Shown here one piece after another: positions 1-12,580 of a DNA stretch of 32,000 nt. This DNA is from Ferroglobus placidus DSM 10642 (GTDB lineage Archaea > Halobacteriota > Archaeoglobi > Archaeoglobales > Archaeoglobaceae). A model generated the notes under the pieces. It did not search any database. It had not been told where the DNA came from and was given only the letters and a program-made list of their open reading frames with translations. The first letter of the stretch is position 1, and every line of letters begins with the position of its first letter. The stretch spans positions 1,740,001-1,772,000 of the forward strand of contig NC_013849.1 in the NCBI RefSeq assembly GCF_000025505.1, read 5' to 3'. The position numbers were made by a program, and so were the translations under genes.

Positions 1-1
1 G

Positions 2-427
2 CTGAAAATGGATTCTCTTAAAGTTGAAGGTGTGACAGCTTTCGTCGACACGAACTACAAAGGTTTGGCTAAAGCTGCGATAAAAGCTTTGAGTAAGTAC
101 GACCTCGTCGTTCTTCACACTGAAGGAATAGATGAAGCTGGACATGAAGGTGACGTGGAGCTGAAGGTTGAGGCTATAGAGCTTTACGACGAGAAAATCG
201 TCGGATACATAATAGACAGAATAGATCTCGAAGACACTAAGATCATGCTTCTTCCCGACCACCCTACTCCGATAAAGGTGAGAACCCACGTGGCTGAGCC
301 GGTGCCCGTGGCTATTTACTGCGAAAGAAAGGATGACGTGAAGAGATACAGCGAAAAAGATTGCAGAAGAGGAAAACTTGGACTTGTAAACGCTACGGAG
401 CTAATAAAAATAATGAAAAGGGTTTAA
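2..427 (+). CDS. apgM: 2,3-bisphosphoglycerate-independent phosphoglycerate mutase (archaeal ApgM type), C-terminal part; the 5' end lies outside the window
   Basis: The frame is open to the window edge. Motifs 'VVLHTEGIDEAGHEGD' and 'LLPDHPTP' are typical of the archaeal cofactor-independent PGM / metalloenzyme superfamily. Confidence 0.8.
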   Translation: MKMDSLKVEGVTAFVDTNYKGLAKAAIKALSKYDLVVLHTEGIDEAGHEGDVELKVEAIELYDEKIVGYIIDRIDLEDTKIMLLPDHPTPIKVRTHVAEPVPVAIYCERKDDVKRYSEKDCRRGKLGLVNATELIKIMKRV

Positions 428-873
428 ACTCTTCTCAGCTCCACGAGAGTTAGTTTTTTACCGTTTTTGCAATCGACGTTACCCCCTATAACCTTCTCGA
501 CGACGAAAGCATCGTTTTCGAACTCTATAGGATTGCAGAGGTTGTAATAAACGCAGCTTACGTCCGAGCAATTTCCTTCTATGGATATCTTCATTCCCTC
601 CACAGCCATTTTTGGCTCCACCGCTACTATTAGGGGAACTTCGACCACTTCAACCGCCACAACTCCCTCGTCGTGCAACGGGCACGGATGGACATCTCCG
701 TTCCGTAATCCGACGATCTTGTACTTACCCCCTTTTTTAAGCTTCAAACAAACCTTATTGATCTTGCAATTTTCACACTCCTTTCCACCACCGAGATACG
801 TGAATTCAACTCCAATTTCAGCCCAATCTTTACCGCATACGGTAATTATTTTTTGAGCGTCCATCAGCACCAC
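424..873 (-). CDS. UPF0179-family conserved archaeal Cys-rich protein
   Basis: 149-aa ORF with 'GGGKECENCKINKVCLKLKKGGKYKIVGLR...HPCPLHDEGVVAVEV', which matches my recollection of the UPF0179 family. It overlaps the apgM stop by 4 nt in convergent orientation. Confidence 0.65.
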   Translation of the reverse strand: MVLMDAQKIITVCGKDWAEIGVEFTYLGGGKECENCKINKVCLKLKKGGKYKIVGLRNGDVHPCPLHDEGVVAVEVVEVPLIVAVEPKMAVEGMKISIEGNCSDVSCVYYNLCNPIEFENDAFVVEKVIGGNVDCKNGKKLTLVELRRV

Positions 874-928
874 CTTTGCAGAATTATAGTAAGTTTTTCA
901 TCTGCAAAGTATTAAAATTTGTCTGAAG

Positions 929-1870
929 ATGAAGGTAGCTGAAAAAATTTTGGATGAGCTTAGGAAAAGTAAGGAGCGTGGTTTGCTTCAGTCGGAACTT
1001 GTTAGAAGGATCGGAGCTTCGAAATCAACGGTCTCGGATGTTCTTTCCGAGCTTGAAGGAAAAGGAATCGTCGTGAGAGAGAAGGAAGCTGGAAAATCGC
1101 TGAGGGTTTGGTTAGCCGAGTTTTATCCAAAACCAATAAAAGGTAAGCTGAAACTTGGAATTTTAAAATCCTCCGAGTACGCGTGCCTCTTAAGCAGATT
1201 TAGAGGAATCGTAAGAGTTTACAACAACGCTATGGACTTAACGAGGGATCTCGTTCTCGGAAGAATAGATCTTGCCGCATCTCCTTTCGTAACGCAGGTT
1301 ATGTTTGGCGTAATGATGAAAAACATCAGAATAGTTAGGGGAGTAGCTTACAACGGCTCGGGAGTCGTTTTTGGAGACGAAAAAAATGGAATCTTTGGCT
1401 CGAGCGAACTTTCGGCTATGGAAATAATGCTCAGACTCGTGAAAGACGAAATAGGTTTGAAAAAATTCCGCTACTTCTCATCTCCGGAAGAAATGATCTC
1501 CTCCCTTAAATATTTAAACGGCATAGGTATTTGGGAGCCCTATTTTTCATCTCTGGACAGAGACAAAGTTTTTTTCAAAGACATAATCGGCGATCATCCT
1601 TGCTGCACTCTTGCGGTGAATGTAGAGAGCTTCGAGGAAAACAAAAGCTTAATTAAGGATTTTCTCGCCGACTACGATAAAGCCAAGCCGAACGCTGAAA
1701 AACTCGCTGAAATCTGCGGATTTAGTAAGGAAGATGTTGAGAAGAGTTTGAAAAGCTACATCTTCGTGAAAGAGGTTAGGGAAGATGAGCTCATCGATTT
1801 TTTGAAGCTCGCCAAGATAGAGATTTCGAGGGAGAGCTTAGAGTCCCTCTTTGAACTTCAAAATGTCTGA
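929..1870 (+). CDS. Winged-HTH protein with an uncharacterised ~230-aa C-terminal domain
   Basis: The N-terminus 'GLLQSELVRRIGASKSTVSDVLSELEGKGIVVRE' is a MarR/ArsR-like wHTH. The long ORF is coding-like. I did not recognise the C-terminal domain. Confidence 0.5.
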   Translation: MKVAEKILDELRKSKERGLLQSELVRRIGASKSTVSDVLSELEGKGIVVREKEAGKSLRVWLAEFYPKPIKGKLKLGILKSSEYACLLSRFRGIVRVYNNAMDLTRDLVLGRIDLAASPFVTQVMFGVMMKNIRIVRGVAYNGSGVVFGDEKNGIFGSSELSAMEIMLRLVKDEIGLKKFRYFSSPEEMISSLKYLNGIGIWEPYFSSLDRDKVFFKDIIGDHPCCTLAVNVESFEENKSLIKDFLADYDKAKPNAEKLAEICGFSKEDVEKSLKSYIFVKEVREDELIDFLKLAKIEISRESLESLFELQNV

Positions 1871-2350
1871 AAGCTTCAACACGGAAATTGGATTCAGAGA
1901 ACTTTCTTCTCTGTCAACAGCACAGGAGAAAGCCACGACTTCAGCGTTGAATTTTTTCAACCTCTCCTCTATCGATTTGGCTGATGAGCCAGTTGTGATA
2001 ACGTCTTCAACTACGAGGAACTTCTCCCCACTCCTAACTTCTCCTACGAATTCCTCTTCAGCTCCGTACTCCTTCTTTTTCTTCCTGAAAATCACGTAAT
2101 CTTTCTCCAGATCTAAAGCCACCGCAACAGCTAACGGAACTCCTCCAAGCTCTATGCAAGCTATTTTATCGAAATCGAAGTTAATTTTTGAAATTAACTC
2201 CTTAGCAAAGGTTTTGAGGATTTTAGGCTTCGTCGAAGCTTTTTTGAAGTCTACGTAAACGTTGCTTCTCTTTCCAGACGAGAGAACGAATTCTCCAAAT
2301 TTCACAGCTCCGGCATCATATAGCATCTTCACAAGTTCGAACTTCTCCAT
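1838..2350 (-). CDS. pyrE: Orotate phosphoribosyltransferase
   Basis: 170-aa ORF with 'FGEFVLSSGKRSNVYVD' and the PRPP-binding loop 'FLVVEDVITTGSS'. Confidence 0.85.
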   Translation of the reverse strand: MEKFELVKMLYDAGAVKFGEFVLSSGKRSNVYVDFKKASTKPKILKTFAKELISKINFDFDKIACIELGGVPLAVAVALDLEKDYVIFRKKKKEYGAEEEFVGEVRSGEKFLVVEDVITTGSSAKSIEERLKKFNAEVVAFSCAVDREESSLNPISVLKLSDILKFKEGL

Positions 2351-2356
2351 TTTTCA

Positions 2357-2896
2357 TCACCACGGAACGTCTTTCAGCTTCAGCAGATAAGCTATTCTGT
2401 TCGTCAGAACGTGCAAAATCGGTGTTATGAGGAAAGCTATTAAAACGTTCTCGAAGCTGAACACCTTCCAAAATGCTTCGGAGAAGGAAGCTATTAAGAG
2501 AGCGAAAACCAAAAAGTCGAGCTGGTCTAAAATCGGAGCCTTTTCTCCCCTCATCAGTCCAATTCTCCTTTTAATAAAACTTCCAGTTAAATCTCCAAGA
2601 AGAGATCCGAAAGAGAGGAGAAAAGCGAGCTGGAGAAACTGGAAATACTGGAGAGAAGAGAAGATTGTAAAACCTGCGAACTTCTCAACAAAAAGCTGAA
2701 GGTGAGCGACGAAAATTCCGCCGATCAAGCCGGAGAAAAAACCTCTAAAGGTTTTACCGTCACCGAAAATTCTCCTGCCGTCGACAAATTTTTTTCCGAA
2801 GTCAATCGGAAATCCTCCTCCGAAAACGACGGCGAAATTATTAGGGGTGTAAGCGGGAAGGAGAATCCAGATAGTTTTTAATATCTCAAGGAGCAT
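2357..2896 (-). CDS. carS: CDP-archaeol synthase (CarS, DUF46 family)
   Basis: Polytopic membrane ORF with 'LLPAYTPNNFAVVFGGG.PIDFGKKF.DGRRIFGDGKTFRGF', characteristic of CarS. Confidence 0.85.
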   Translation of the reverse strand: MLLEILKTIWILLPAYTPNNFAVVFGGGFPIDFGKKFVDGRRIFGDGKTFRGFFSGLIGGIFVAHLQLFVEKFAGFTIFSSLQYFQFLQLAFLLSFGSLLGDLTGSFIKRRIGLMRGEKAPILDQLDFLVFALLIASFSEAFWKVFSFENVLIAFLITPILHVLTNRIAYLLKLKDVPW

Positions 2897-2965
2897 ATTT
2901 CCAGCTGACGAAACGTTATTATATCTCTTTCGCAGTCCACATTTTATAAAAAGGGAGGTGGAATA

Positions 2966-5455
<2,490 letters not shown>

Positions 5456-5605
5456 AGGACTGGCTGACGTACGTTGAGGGAAAAATAACTCTGAAGGAGT
5501 TCGTCGAAAAGTGGAAAAGCGAAGGAAAGGACTGGAAAGCCTACATAAGAGTTTTGAGGTACAGAATTTCCAAGAAGTACGACATAATGCTTAAAGATCT
5601 CTTAC

Positions 5606-6592
5606 TCATGAAGAAGTTTCTTGATTTGGATCTTCACCCTTAACGATTTTTGCGACGAAAAAACCTGAGCAGCGATGCTTGTGCGGATAAAGCCTCTTAG
5701 CTTTTCTCAACTCGGAGCTGAGTTTGACGTCTCCGATTTTCGTCAAAGCCTCTTCTCCGAATTTAACTTCTTCGAGTCTTATTTCGAAGTTTTTTAGAGC
5801 CCAGTCTATTACGAATTCGTTTTCCTCCGGAGTTAGGGAGCAAGTAGAGTAGATTAGCACTCCTCCGGGCTTTAAAGACTTTATTCCCGCTTCGAGCATT
5901 TGCTTTTGGAGGGAGGTGCAGAACAGTATGTCCTTCACCCCTCTGCTCCACTTTCTCGTAGGATCTTTATGTATTATCCCCTCTCCAGTGCACGGGGCGT
6001 CGAGGAGGATTTTGTCTGCTTTAATTCCGAGGTTGTGAAATTTTGCGGAGTTCATTCTTAATACAATCGCGTTCATGACGCCCATTCTGTGGATGTTGTC
6101 TATCAGCGGAGGTATTCTCTCCTCGTTGCCCTCTATGGCAATTAGGACTCCTTTGTTTTTCATCAGCATAGAAATCATCGTCGCTTTTCCTCCCGGAGAG
6201 GCTGCCATGTCCACAACGAGATCGCTCTCTTTCGGATTTAGCTCAATTGGCGGTATGCACGAGCTTTTGTCCATGACGTAGTAGTATCCCATGAGAAATT
6301 CCGGAGTAGCTCCTATGCTGTAAGGTTCCTCAACAACCTCGTAGCAGAAGGGGACTTCCGTCTTATTTAAAACAAAGCCTCTCTCTTCAAGCCTCTCAAC
6401 GAGTTCATCCTCGCTTATTTTTATCGTGTTAACCCTTATGTACTTCGGAACTTTTTCCATTCCCTCGACGAGTTTTGCAGCTTCCTCTTCTCCGAAAATG
6501 TTTACCCACCTTCTGATTATGAACTCGTCGTAGCCGTACTTTTTCGCAAGCCTCTTCGAAAAATCTGTGGAAGGAAAATCAAGAACTCTCAT
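5606..6592 (-). CDS. NOL1/NOP2/Sun-family RNA (cytosine-C5)-methyltransferase
   Basis: SAM motif 'VVDMAASPGGKAT', catalytic 'DAPCTGEG' and 'YSTCSLTPEENE'. Confidence 0.85.
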   Translation of the reverse strand: MRVLDFPSTDFSKRLAKKYGYDEFIIRRWVNIFGEEEAAKLVEGMEKVPKYIRVNTIKISEDELVERLEERGFVLNKTEVPFCYEVVEEPYSIGATPEFLMGYYYVMDKSSCIPPIELNPKESDLVVDMAASPGGKATMISMLMKNKGVLIAIEGNEERIPPLIDNIHRMGVMNAIVLRMNSAKFHNLGIKADKILLDAPCTGEGIIHKDPTRKWSRGVKDILFCTSLQKQMLEAGIKSLKPGGVLIYSTCSLTPEENEFVIDWALKNFEIRLEEVKFGEEALTKIGDVKLSSELRKAKRLYPHKHRCSGFFVAKIVKGEDPNQETSS

Positions 6593-7125
6593 CTGTCGAA
6601 GAAGGGGCTTTTCGAAAGAGATGCTAAGGGAATTCCCATAACGACGTCAGCCTTAGAAATTCCAAGAAGTTTTGCAGCAGCTCCAATTCTGTACATAACC
6701 CTCGAATCGACTCCGATCATTGCACCGAGCTTCACAGCTGAACCAATAGCTATTCCCAAATCGAGGAGCTTGAAAGCGCAGCTCGGTCCTTTAAAGACGA
6801 CTTCCTTTCTTTCAGCCTTCGCAAACTCTTTGCAGCTTTCAAATCCGCAAGCTCCGCAGTTCATCCCTATGCTTCTCTCTCCGTAAATTCCGAGGAGAAT
6901 AAGACCGTCTGACTTTCTCAAGCTGTTTGCGTCTCTTACAAAATTTTTATCTCCGGTCTTTTCAGCCAGTTCCTCCATTTTTTTCGCTATCTCCTCGAAA
7001 TCGGAGAGGTACATAACTTCGAGGCTATCCTCTCCCTTCGACTTCGGAGCAGTTTGGGCGGAAGCTATCATAAGCTTTGCAGCGAGCTCAACAACCTCTT
7101 TCCTAATTTTTTCCTCCAGCATCAA
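6589..7125 (-). CDS. DUF2148-type ferredoxin-like Cys-cluster protein
   Basis: 178 aa with 'SAQTAPKSKGED' and 'GMNCGACGFESCKEF'. It is translationally coupled (4-nt overlaps) to both neighbours. Confidence 0.65.
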   Translation of the reverse strand: MMLEEKIRKEVVELAAKLMIASAQTAPKSKGEDSLEVMYLSDFEEIAKKMEELAEKTGDKNFVRDANSLRKSDGLILLGIYGERSIGMNCGACGFESCKEFAKAERKEVVFKGPSCAFKLLDLGIAIGSAVKLGAMIGVDSRVMYRIGAAAKLLGISKADVVMGIPLASLSKSPFFDR

Positions 7126-7961
7126 ATCACCCCCAGCAAGAAAGCTAACATTCCTAAAGCCATCGCCGACATCGTTCTCTTTCTGAGAGAATAAATTTCT
7201 TCCCTTTTAACACCCCTCAACAACTTGAAAGCTGATAGAAGCAAAATAGAGTCGCAAGCCAAAACCGGAATTAGATATTTGATATCCTGAAATTCGGGGA
7301 AAAGGAGAGCTAAAAAGCTAAGAGAAGCAGCTAATATAAAAAGTAAAGCTGAGATTTTAGCGGCAAATTCTTCTCCGTAAAGGATTGCGACGGTTTTAGC
7401 GTTCCTTATCTTATCTCCTTCCACATCTTCAATACTCTTCATTATCTCCCTTCCAAGCCCGGAAATAAAAGCTAAAGCAGATAGCAATATTATGGCTTCG
7501 TTGAGCCTCTCCACTATTATCCCGCCGAAGAGAAAAGGGGCAGCCATCGTCGTGGCTATGTAAGCGTTGCCGATCAGTCCAAACTCCTTGAGCTTGAGAT
7601 CGTACAAAATTCCGAGGAGGGAAATCAGGAGAGCGAAGACGAAAGCGAGGGGAGAAATTAAATAGGAGAAAATTAATCCGAGCGGAAATAGAAAAATTCC
7701 GGATAATAGTGCCTCTTTTCTGCTTATCTCCCCAGTTACGAGCGGTCGATCAAGGCGTTTATTTGCCAAATCCACTTCGTAGTCAAAGTAATCGTTCAGA
7801 GCGAAAGTCGAGGACTGTAAAAATACTGCCGTGAGGAAGCCGAAAAGCGCTTCTTCTAAAGGAAGGTTTTTGGCTGCGATAAATATTCCTACCAGAACTC
7901 CGAATCCGTACATAATTCCGTGATCGATTCTGAAAAGCTTGAGGTAAGCTCTCGCTTTCAT
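7122..7961 (-). CDS. Digeranylgeranylglyceryl phosphate synthase (UbiA-family prenyltransferase)
   Basis: Polytopic ORF with the UbiA Asp-rich motif '[11 protein letters not shown]'. It lies immediately downstream of GGGPS. Confidence 0.85.
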   Translation of the reverse strand: MKARAYLKLFRIDHGIMYGFGVLVGIFIAAKNLPLEEALFGFLTAVFLQSSTFALNDYFDYEVDLANKRLDRPLVTGEISRKEALLSGIFLFPLGLIFSYLISPLAFVFALLISLLGILYDLKLKEFGLIGNAYIATTMAAPFLFGGIIVERLNEAIILLSALAFISGLGREIMKSIEDVEGDKIRNAKTVAILYGEEFAAKISALLFILAASLSFLALLFPEFQDIKYLIPVLACDSILLLSAFKLLRGVKREEIYSLRKRTMSAMALGMLAFLLGVI

Positions 7962-8644
7962 GGAATCGTATCGAGGTAGCTTTCGATTCCTCTTTCGTAA
8001 ATTACGTTTCCGACGACTATTGCATCAGCCGCCGAAAGCATCTCCAAAGCTCTCTCCTTGCTGTTGATTCCTCCTCCGTAGAACAGCTTCGCTTTTTTCA
8101 GCTTGCTTTTAACCTCCCTTACCAACTCTGGGTCTCCGTAGGTTCCGCTGTACTCTACGTAGATTATCGGTAGCTTCAGGATTTCCTCTCCAACTACTGC
8201 AAAGCTTGCCGCCTCTTCTTTTTTCAAGTCGCATATAGCTTCGGTCACTCTTCCAACAGCCGAGTTTTCGTTGAGAACTATGTACCCTTCGAAGTAAATC
8301 TTTCTGTCGAAAAGCTCTCTGAAAGCGTCGAGTTTTTCGTAGTTCATCCTTATCCATTCCGCGTGCTTTCCTGTAATCCACTCTCCCCTCTTCGAGTTGA
8401 GAACTACGGGAACGAAGACGTAATCTACATCGTAAACAACGTTTGAAGGATCTGAAGGCTCCATTATTATTGGCTTGTCTCCCTCCTTCAGCATTTTCAG
8501 AAGCTCCATTACCTTTTCTTTCGTCACATTCTGAGTGCCGGAAACCATTATAGCGTCCGTGTTACTTTCCAAAACAGCTTTAACAATCTTTTCATCGTTC
8601 TTTCTGTCTGGATCGAGCTTAGTGATGTGTTTCCAATCGAACAT
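7958..8644 (-). CDS. Geranylgeranylglyceryl phosphate synthase (PcrB/GGGPS)
   Basis: '[15 protein letters not shown]...', '[11 protein letters not shown]' and 'LFYGGGINS'. The ORF track extends to 8749, but the ATG at 8644 gives the canonical N-terminus and sits 22 nt downstream of a TTTATATA box. Confidence 0.85.
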   Translation of the reverse strand: MFDWKHITKLDPDRKNDEKIVKAVLESNTDAIMVSGTQNVTKEKVMELLKMLKEGDKPIIMEPSDPSNVVYDVDYVFVPVVLNSKRGEWITGKHAEWIRMNYEKLDAFRELFDRKIYFEGYIVLNENSAVGRVTEAICDLKKEEAASFAVVGEEILKLPIIYVEYSGTYGDPELVREVKSKLKKAKLFYGGGINSKERALEMLSAADAIVVGNVIYERGIESYLDTIP

Positions 8645-8665
8645 CTCTTTAGAGGGTTGCGAAAG

Positions 8666-8673
8666 TATATAAA
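8666..8673 (-). promoter_or_regulatory. TATA box (TTTATATA on the minus strand) for the GGGPS-DGGGPS-DUF2148-NSUN operon; implies a near-leaderless mRNA
   Basis: The plus strand reads TATATAAA at 8666..8673, 22 nt upstream of the ATG at 8644. Confidence 0.4.
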
Positions 8674-8776
8674 AAATTAGCGACGCAATTTCTGACGGAC
8701 TTGCGGAGAATCGTGAAAGGGTTTTTGCATAAGCTTTCAATTCCAGCAAGTTTTAAATAACTTAACGGGGTTAAGC

Positions 8777-9967
8777 TTGGAGATGAATCTCGATAGATAT
8801 TCCCCGCAGAATCTGAGAAGACCGTCGAGTGGAATGATAAACGTTCACCCGATTCAAAGGGGAGGTATACTTACTGAAGAGGCGAGACAAGTTATTTTGG
8901 AGTGGGCTGACGGCTATTCAGTCTGCGACCTATGTTTGGAAGGAAGAGTCGACCTCGTTAAGAATCCTCCCATTGCCGAATTCAAAAGAGATGTGGCTGA
9001 GTTTTTGAACATGGACGAAGTGAGATTCACGGCTGGAGCGAGACATGCAAAGTTCGTTATAATGTCCGCTTTTAAGGAAAAGACGATCGTCGTTGACTCA
9101 CTTGCCCACTACACGTCCTACATAGCTGCCGAATTGAACGACATGAAGGTTTACGAAGTTCCTAATTCCGGCTACCCCGAATTTAAAATCGAGCCGGAAA
9201 AATATGCGGAGACATTCGAAAGGGTTAAGGAAGAAACGGGGAAGTATCCGGACTTGGCTTTACTCACTCACGTGGATTATCGTTACGGAAACTTAGCTGA
9301 CGCTAAAGAAGTTGGAAAAATTTGCAGAGAGTACGGAATTCCTCTAATTTTAAACACAGCCTACAGCTCCGGAGTTATGGAGGTGGACGGAAAAAAGCTT
9401 AACGCTGATTTCATCGTTGCGAGCGGTCACAAAAGCTGGGCTGCTACGGCTCCAATTGGAATTCTGGCTACGAACTACGATTTCGTTGACGATGTTTTCA
9501 GAACGTCTAAAACGAGAGGAGAGTGGAGCGGAAGAGCTTTTACGAAGAAAGAAGTTGCTTTGTTCGGATGCTCCCCCGTTTACGGACTTCCGATAATAAC
9601 GCTGATGGCATCTTTTCCAGCTGTCGTGAGAAGAATTAAGAAGTGGGAAGAGGAGGTTGCGAAGGCGAGGTGGTTTGTGAAAGAGATGGAGAAGATAGAA
9701 GGAGTGCAGCTAATAGGGGAGAGACCGAAGAACCACACTCTTATGCAGTTTGAATCTCCAGCCTTCCACAGCATAGCGAAGAGGCACAAGAAGAGAGGGT
9801 TCTTCTTGTATCATGAGCTGAAGAAAAGGGGAATCGTGGGAGTCCAGCCGGGTATGACTAAAAACTTCAAGATAAACGTATACGGCTTAAGCTGGGAAGA
9901 AGTTGAGAAGGTTGCGGAAGCTTTTAAGGATATAGCCGAAAGTTACGGACTGGAGGTGGAGGATTGA
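8777..9967 (+). CDS. pscS: O-phosphoseryl-tRNA:Cys-tRNA synthase (SepCysS)
   Basis: PLP-enzyme ORF with 'INVHPIQRGGILTEEAR' and 'ASGHKSWAATAPIGIL' (PLP lysine), as in the archaeal SepCysS family. The start is either the TTG at 8777 or the ATG at 8783. Confidence 0.85.
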   Translation: MEMNLDRYSPQNLRRPSSGMINVHPIQRGGILTEEARQVILEWADGYSVCDLCLEGRVDLVKNPPIAEFKRDVAEFLNMDEVRFTAGARHAKFVIMSAFKEKTIVVDSLAHYTSYIAAELNDMKVYEVPNSGYPEFKIEPEKYAETFERVKEETGKYPDLALLTHVDYRYGNLADAKEVGKICREYGIPLILNTAYSSGVMEVDGKKLNADFIVASGHKSWAATAPIGILATNYDFVDDVFRTSKTRGEWSGRAFTKKEVALFGCSPVYGLPIITLMASFPAVVRRIKKWEEEVAKARWFVKEMEKIEGVQLIGERPKNHTLMQFESPAFHSIAKRHKKRGFFLYHELKKRGIVGVQPGMTKNFKINVYGLSWEEVEKVAEAFKDIAESYGLEVED

Positions 9968-10881
9968 GCTTCAGAAGGTATTTCCAAATTCCTTATCAGC
10001 CAGTGGCTGTGAAAATTTTGAAAGAGCACGTTAAAGCTACAGAGGAGAACTTAAGGTTCTGCGAAGCTGTGAGAAGAGCAGCTGGCGGAGAGAGAATAGT
10101 TCTTGATGAGATCAACCTCATCTGTTCCGGAGCCCTCGTCTCTTTGGGATTCGTTAGAGGAGTGTTTTCCGAGGATAGCGAAGAAACCAAAGCTGTTATT
10201 GTGGAACCATATAAAGGACAGGAGTGCGACGTCGTTTTAATAATAGCAACTCCCGACAGAGTGATGAAAATCGCCTCCTTCTACTCCCAGCTGTTCGGAG
10301 AAGAGCTTAGAGCCGAGTTCAGCGGAGAAAATGCGGTCTGCGGAGAAGCCACAGCCAGAGTTAAGAAGGAAGGTAAGCCGAACGTTTCCTTCTTGTGTGA
10401 AGGAGCGAGGGAGTACGCTGGTTACAAGAGGGAGGAGGTCGTGATAGGCTTCCCCTACGAAACTTTCAGGAGAATGGAAGAGGCTATAAAAAAGGAGGAA
10501 ATCAAGTCGATGTGCGGCTGTTTGATGGACGATTTGCCGAGAGATGTCGTCGAAAAATTCGAGAGCATGGGATTTGACAAAGCTACCGATCACTTCTTCG
10601 GATTTTACAACGGAAAGACTGTGAAGGTGTACATTTTCAGAGATACCAACGCTTTGGGCTTGTACACTTCAGTTAAGTTCAAAAGCGAGGAGGAGGCGGA
10701 AAAAGCTGTTGAAAAATACAAAGGTGATTACGTTCTTCTCAAGAGAGAAAACTGGGTCGACGTCAGCAAGATTCTCGATGTGGATGTTATCAGCGAGATT
10801 AGGAAAGGTAAATTTGAAGAACTTTTAAATTCAGAGCTTGAGAAGATTGTTAGAGAAGCTAAGAAACTGAAGTCGCTATGA
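9964..10881 (+). CDS. DUF169-like Cys-rich protein with a C-terminal extension
   Basis: The N-terminus '[12 protein letters not shown]' and conserved cysteines resemble DUF169/COG2043. A TTG start overlaps the SepCysS stop, and its stop overlaps the thiI ATG. Confidence 0.5.
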   Translation: MSFRRYFQIPYQPVAVKILKEHVKATEENLRFCEAVRRAAGGERIVLDEINLICSGALVSLGFVRGVFSEDSEETKAVIVEPYKGQECDVVLIIATPDRVMKIASFYSQLFGEELRAEFSGENAVCGEATARVKKEGKPNVSFLCEGAREYAGYKREEVVIGFPYETFRRMEEAIKKEEIKSMCGCLMDDLPRDVVEKFESMGFDKATDHFFGFYNGKTVKVYIFRDTNALGLYTSVKFKSEEEAEKAVEKYKGDYVLLKRENWVDVSKILDVDVISEIRKGKFEELLNSELEKIVREAKKLKSL

Positions 10882-11987
10882 TATACGTCGTTCACTACGG
10901 AGAGATAGCCCTAAAAGGGAAAAACCGGGACTTTTTTGAGAGGAAGCTGATGGAAAACATAAAAAGAAAGATTGACGGGAGAGTTAGAAGAAGGTACGGA
11001 AGGATTATCGTTGAAGCTGAAAATGCTGAAGAAAAGCTGAAGAAAATTCCCGGAATAAAGTATTTCGCCAAAGCTGAGGTTTGCAGTTTAGATATAGAAG
11101 AGATAAAGAAAGTTGCTCTTGAAGCAGTTGGCGATGTAAGCAGCTTTAAAGTTGAGACGAAGAGGAGCAATAAAAACTTCCCCCTCACGTCTATAGAAGT
11201 AAACAGAGTTGTGGGAGAGTTCGTCAAAAACAGCAAGGGGATTAAAGTGGATTTGAAGAATCCTGAAAGGACGATTTACATCGAAATAGGAGAGAAGGAG
11301 TGCTACATCTATACCGAGAAAATCCCCGGAGTTGGCGGATTGCCCTGCGGAGTTTCGGGGAAAGTTGTGGCTCAGATTTCCGGAGGAATAGACAGTCCTG
11401 TTGCTGCTTTTTTGGCTATGAAGAGGGGGGCAGAAGTTATAGCGGTTCACTTCTTCAATCAGACTCTCCACTCTCCGCAAGTTAGAAAGAAGATCTTGGA
11501 CTTGGCTGAGAAACTGTCCGAATTTCATAAAGTAAAGCTGTACATGGTTCCCTTTGAGGAGGTGCAGAGGGAGATAATCAGGGTAATTCCAGCGAAGTAC
11601 AGAATGATAGTCTATAGAAGAAGCATGATGAGGATGTCGAACGTAATCGCGAAAAAAGAAAATGCGAAGGCTATAGTTACCGGAGACTCGCTTTCCCAAG
11701 TTGCGAGCCAGACGTTGGATAACATCAGAGTTATTTACTCAGCCTCGGAGCTTCCGGTTCTTCCGCCACTGATAGGATTCGACAAAGAGGAGACTATAGA
11801 AATAGCGAAGAAGATAGGGACTTACGAGATTTCAATTCTGCCCTACGAAGATTGCTGCACTTTGATGATAGCTAAGCATCCTGAAACGAGAGCTAAGCTC
11901 GAAGACGTGGAGAGGATGGAAAGCTTTGCCGAATTCAAAGAGGAGGAAGCCGTCGAAAAAGCTGAGATCTTCGAATTCGACAGCTAA
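10878..11987 (+). CDS. thiI: tRNA 4-thiouridine synthase ThiI (no rhodanese domain)
   Basis: '[13 protein letters not shown]' (N-terminal ferredoxin-like/THUMP), PP-loop '[10 protein letters not shown]', '[12 protein letters not shown]' and 'EDCCT'. Confidence 0.85.
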   Translation: MIYVVHYGEIALKGKNRDFFERKLMENIKRKIDGRVRRRYGRIIVEAENAEEKLKKIPGIKYFAKAEVCSLDIEEIKKVALEAVGDVSSFKVETKRSNKNFPLTSIEVNRVVGEFVKNSKGIKVDLKNPERTIYIEIGEKECYIYTEKIPGVGGLPCGVSGKVVAQISGGIDSPVAAFLAMKRGAEVIAVHFFNQTLHSPQVRKKILDLAEKLSEFHKVKLYMVPFEEVQREIIRVIPAKYRMIVYRRSMMRMSNVIAKKENAKAIVTGDSLSQVASQTLDNIRVIYSASELPVLPPLIGFDKEETIEIAKKIGTYEISILPYEDCCTLMIAKHPETRAKLEDVERMESFAEFKEEEAVEKAEIFEFDS

Positions 11988-12580
11988 GAAATTTTCTTCA
12001 AAAGCTCGTCCGATTTTTTAGCCACGATAGCTGAGAGCAAATCGCTTTTCGTTCTCTCTATTGAGTTTCTCGCGACATCAAGCTTCGGTCTCAGGTTTCC
12101 GGTGATTTTGTCGTGGAACGTGAACTCCACAAGTTTGAAGTAAAGCTCCTCCATCAGCTCGAGAACCTTTTTCGCTACTTCGACGTTATTTTTTACTAAA
12201 AGCGTTAGCGCGTACCTCCTCATCTCTCCTATCGAATCGGCGAATCCTCCAAGAATCGGAGCTGGCTCCAAGCCTTCCGGCAGCTCAACCTCTAAGCTGA
12301 GATTCTCAACGACGTTCTTGAACACAATAGCCTCAACGAATTCTTGCATAGCGTCAAAAGATAAGTAATATATGTCCCAGAACTTCTCCTTAAACTTCTT
12401 TATCCTCTCAAAAACCTCTTCAGCTTTTTTTAAATGCTTCTCAGCCTTCTCAAAGTTCCCGGCGTGAATGTAGGCTATAGCCTTGCTCGAATTTAACCTC
12501 ATGTCCCTCGAGAGCTTTATAAGCTCTTCTCTCGCAGCCTCCTTTTCTTCGAGAATTTTCTTGAGTTCTTCGAGCATCAT
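11984..12580 (-). CDS. Translin/TRAX-like (archaeal C3PO-like) protein
   Basis: 198-aa all-helical ORF beginning '[50 protein letters not shown]', which resembles archaeal translin-family proteins. From memory only. Confidence 0.55.
   Translation of the reverse strand: MMLEELKKILEEKEAAREELIKLSRDMRLNSSKAIAYIHAGNFEKAEKHLKKAEEVFERIKKFKEKFWDIYYLSFDAMQEFVEAIVFKNVVENLSLEVELPEGLEPAPILGGFADSIGEMRRYALTLLVKNNVEVAKKVLELMEELYFKLVEFTFHDKITGNLRPKLDVARNSIERTKSDLLSAIVAKKSDELLKKIS

Noticed and set aside
581-856. Plus-strand 91-aa ORF inside the UPF0179 gene. Similar antisense ORFs occur at 1851..2099, 2427..2699, 2972..3349, 3434..3700 and 3932..4207.
   Set aside because: Each lies entirely within a better-supported gene on the opposite strand. 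Their compositions are S/T/P/L-rich or otherwise low in complexity, as expected for antisense shadows, and none has an RBS.
875-908. 8-bp inverted repeat TTTGCAGA...TCTGCAAA in the divergent promoter region between the UPF0179 gene and the wHTH gene, as a possible operator.
   Set aside because: It is real in the sequence, but it is short enough to occur by chance in AT-rich intergenic DNA and has no supporting evidence. I recorded it but did not promote it to a finding.
11088-11699. 203-aa minus-strand ORF inside thiI. Related cases are 10895..11236, 10237..10593 and 12895..13263.
   Set aside because: These are antisense to genes with unambiguous motifs (PP-loop ThiI, Taw1), and none contains a recognisable domain.
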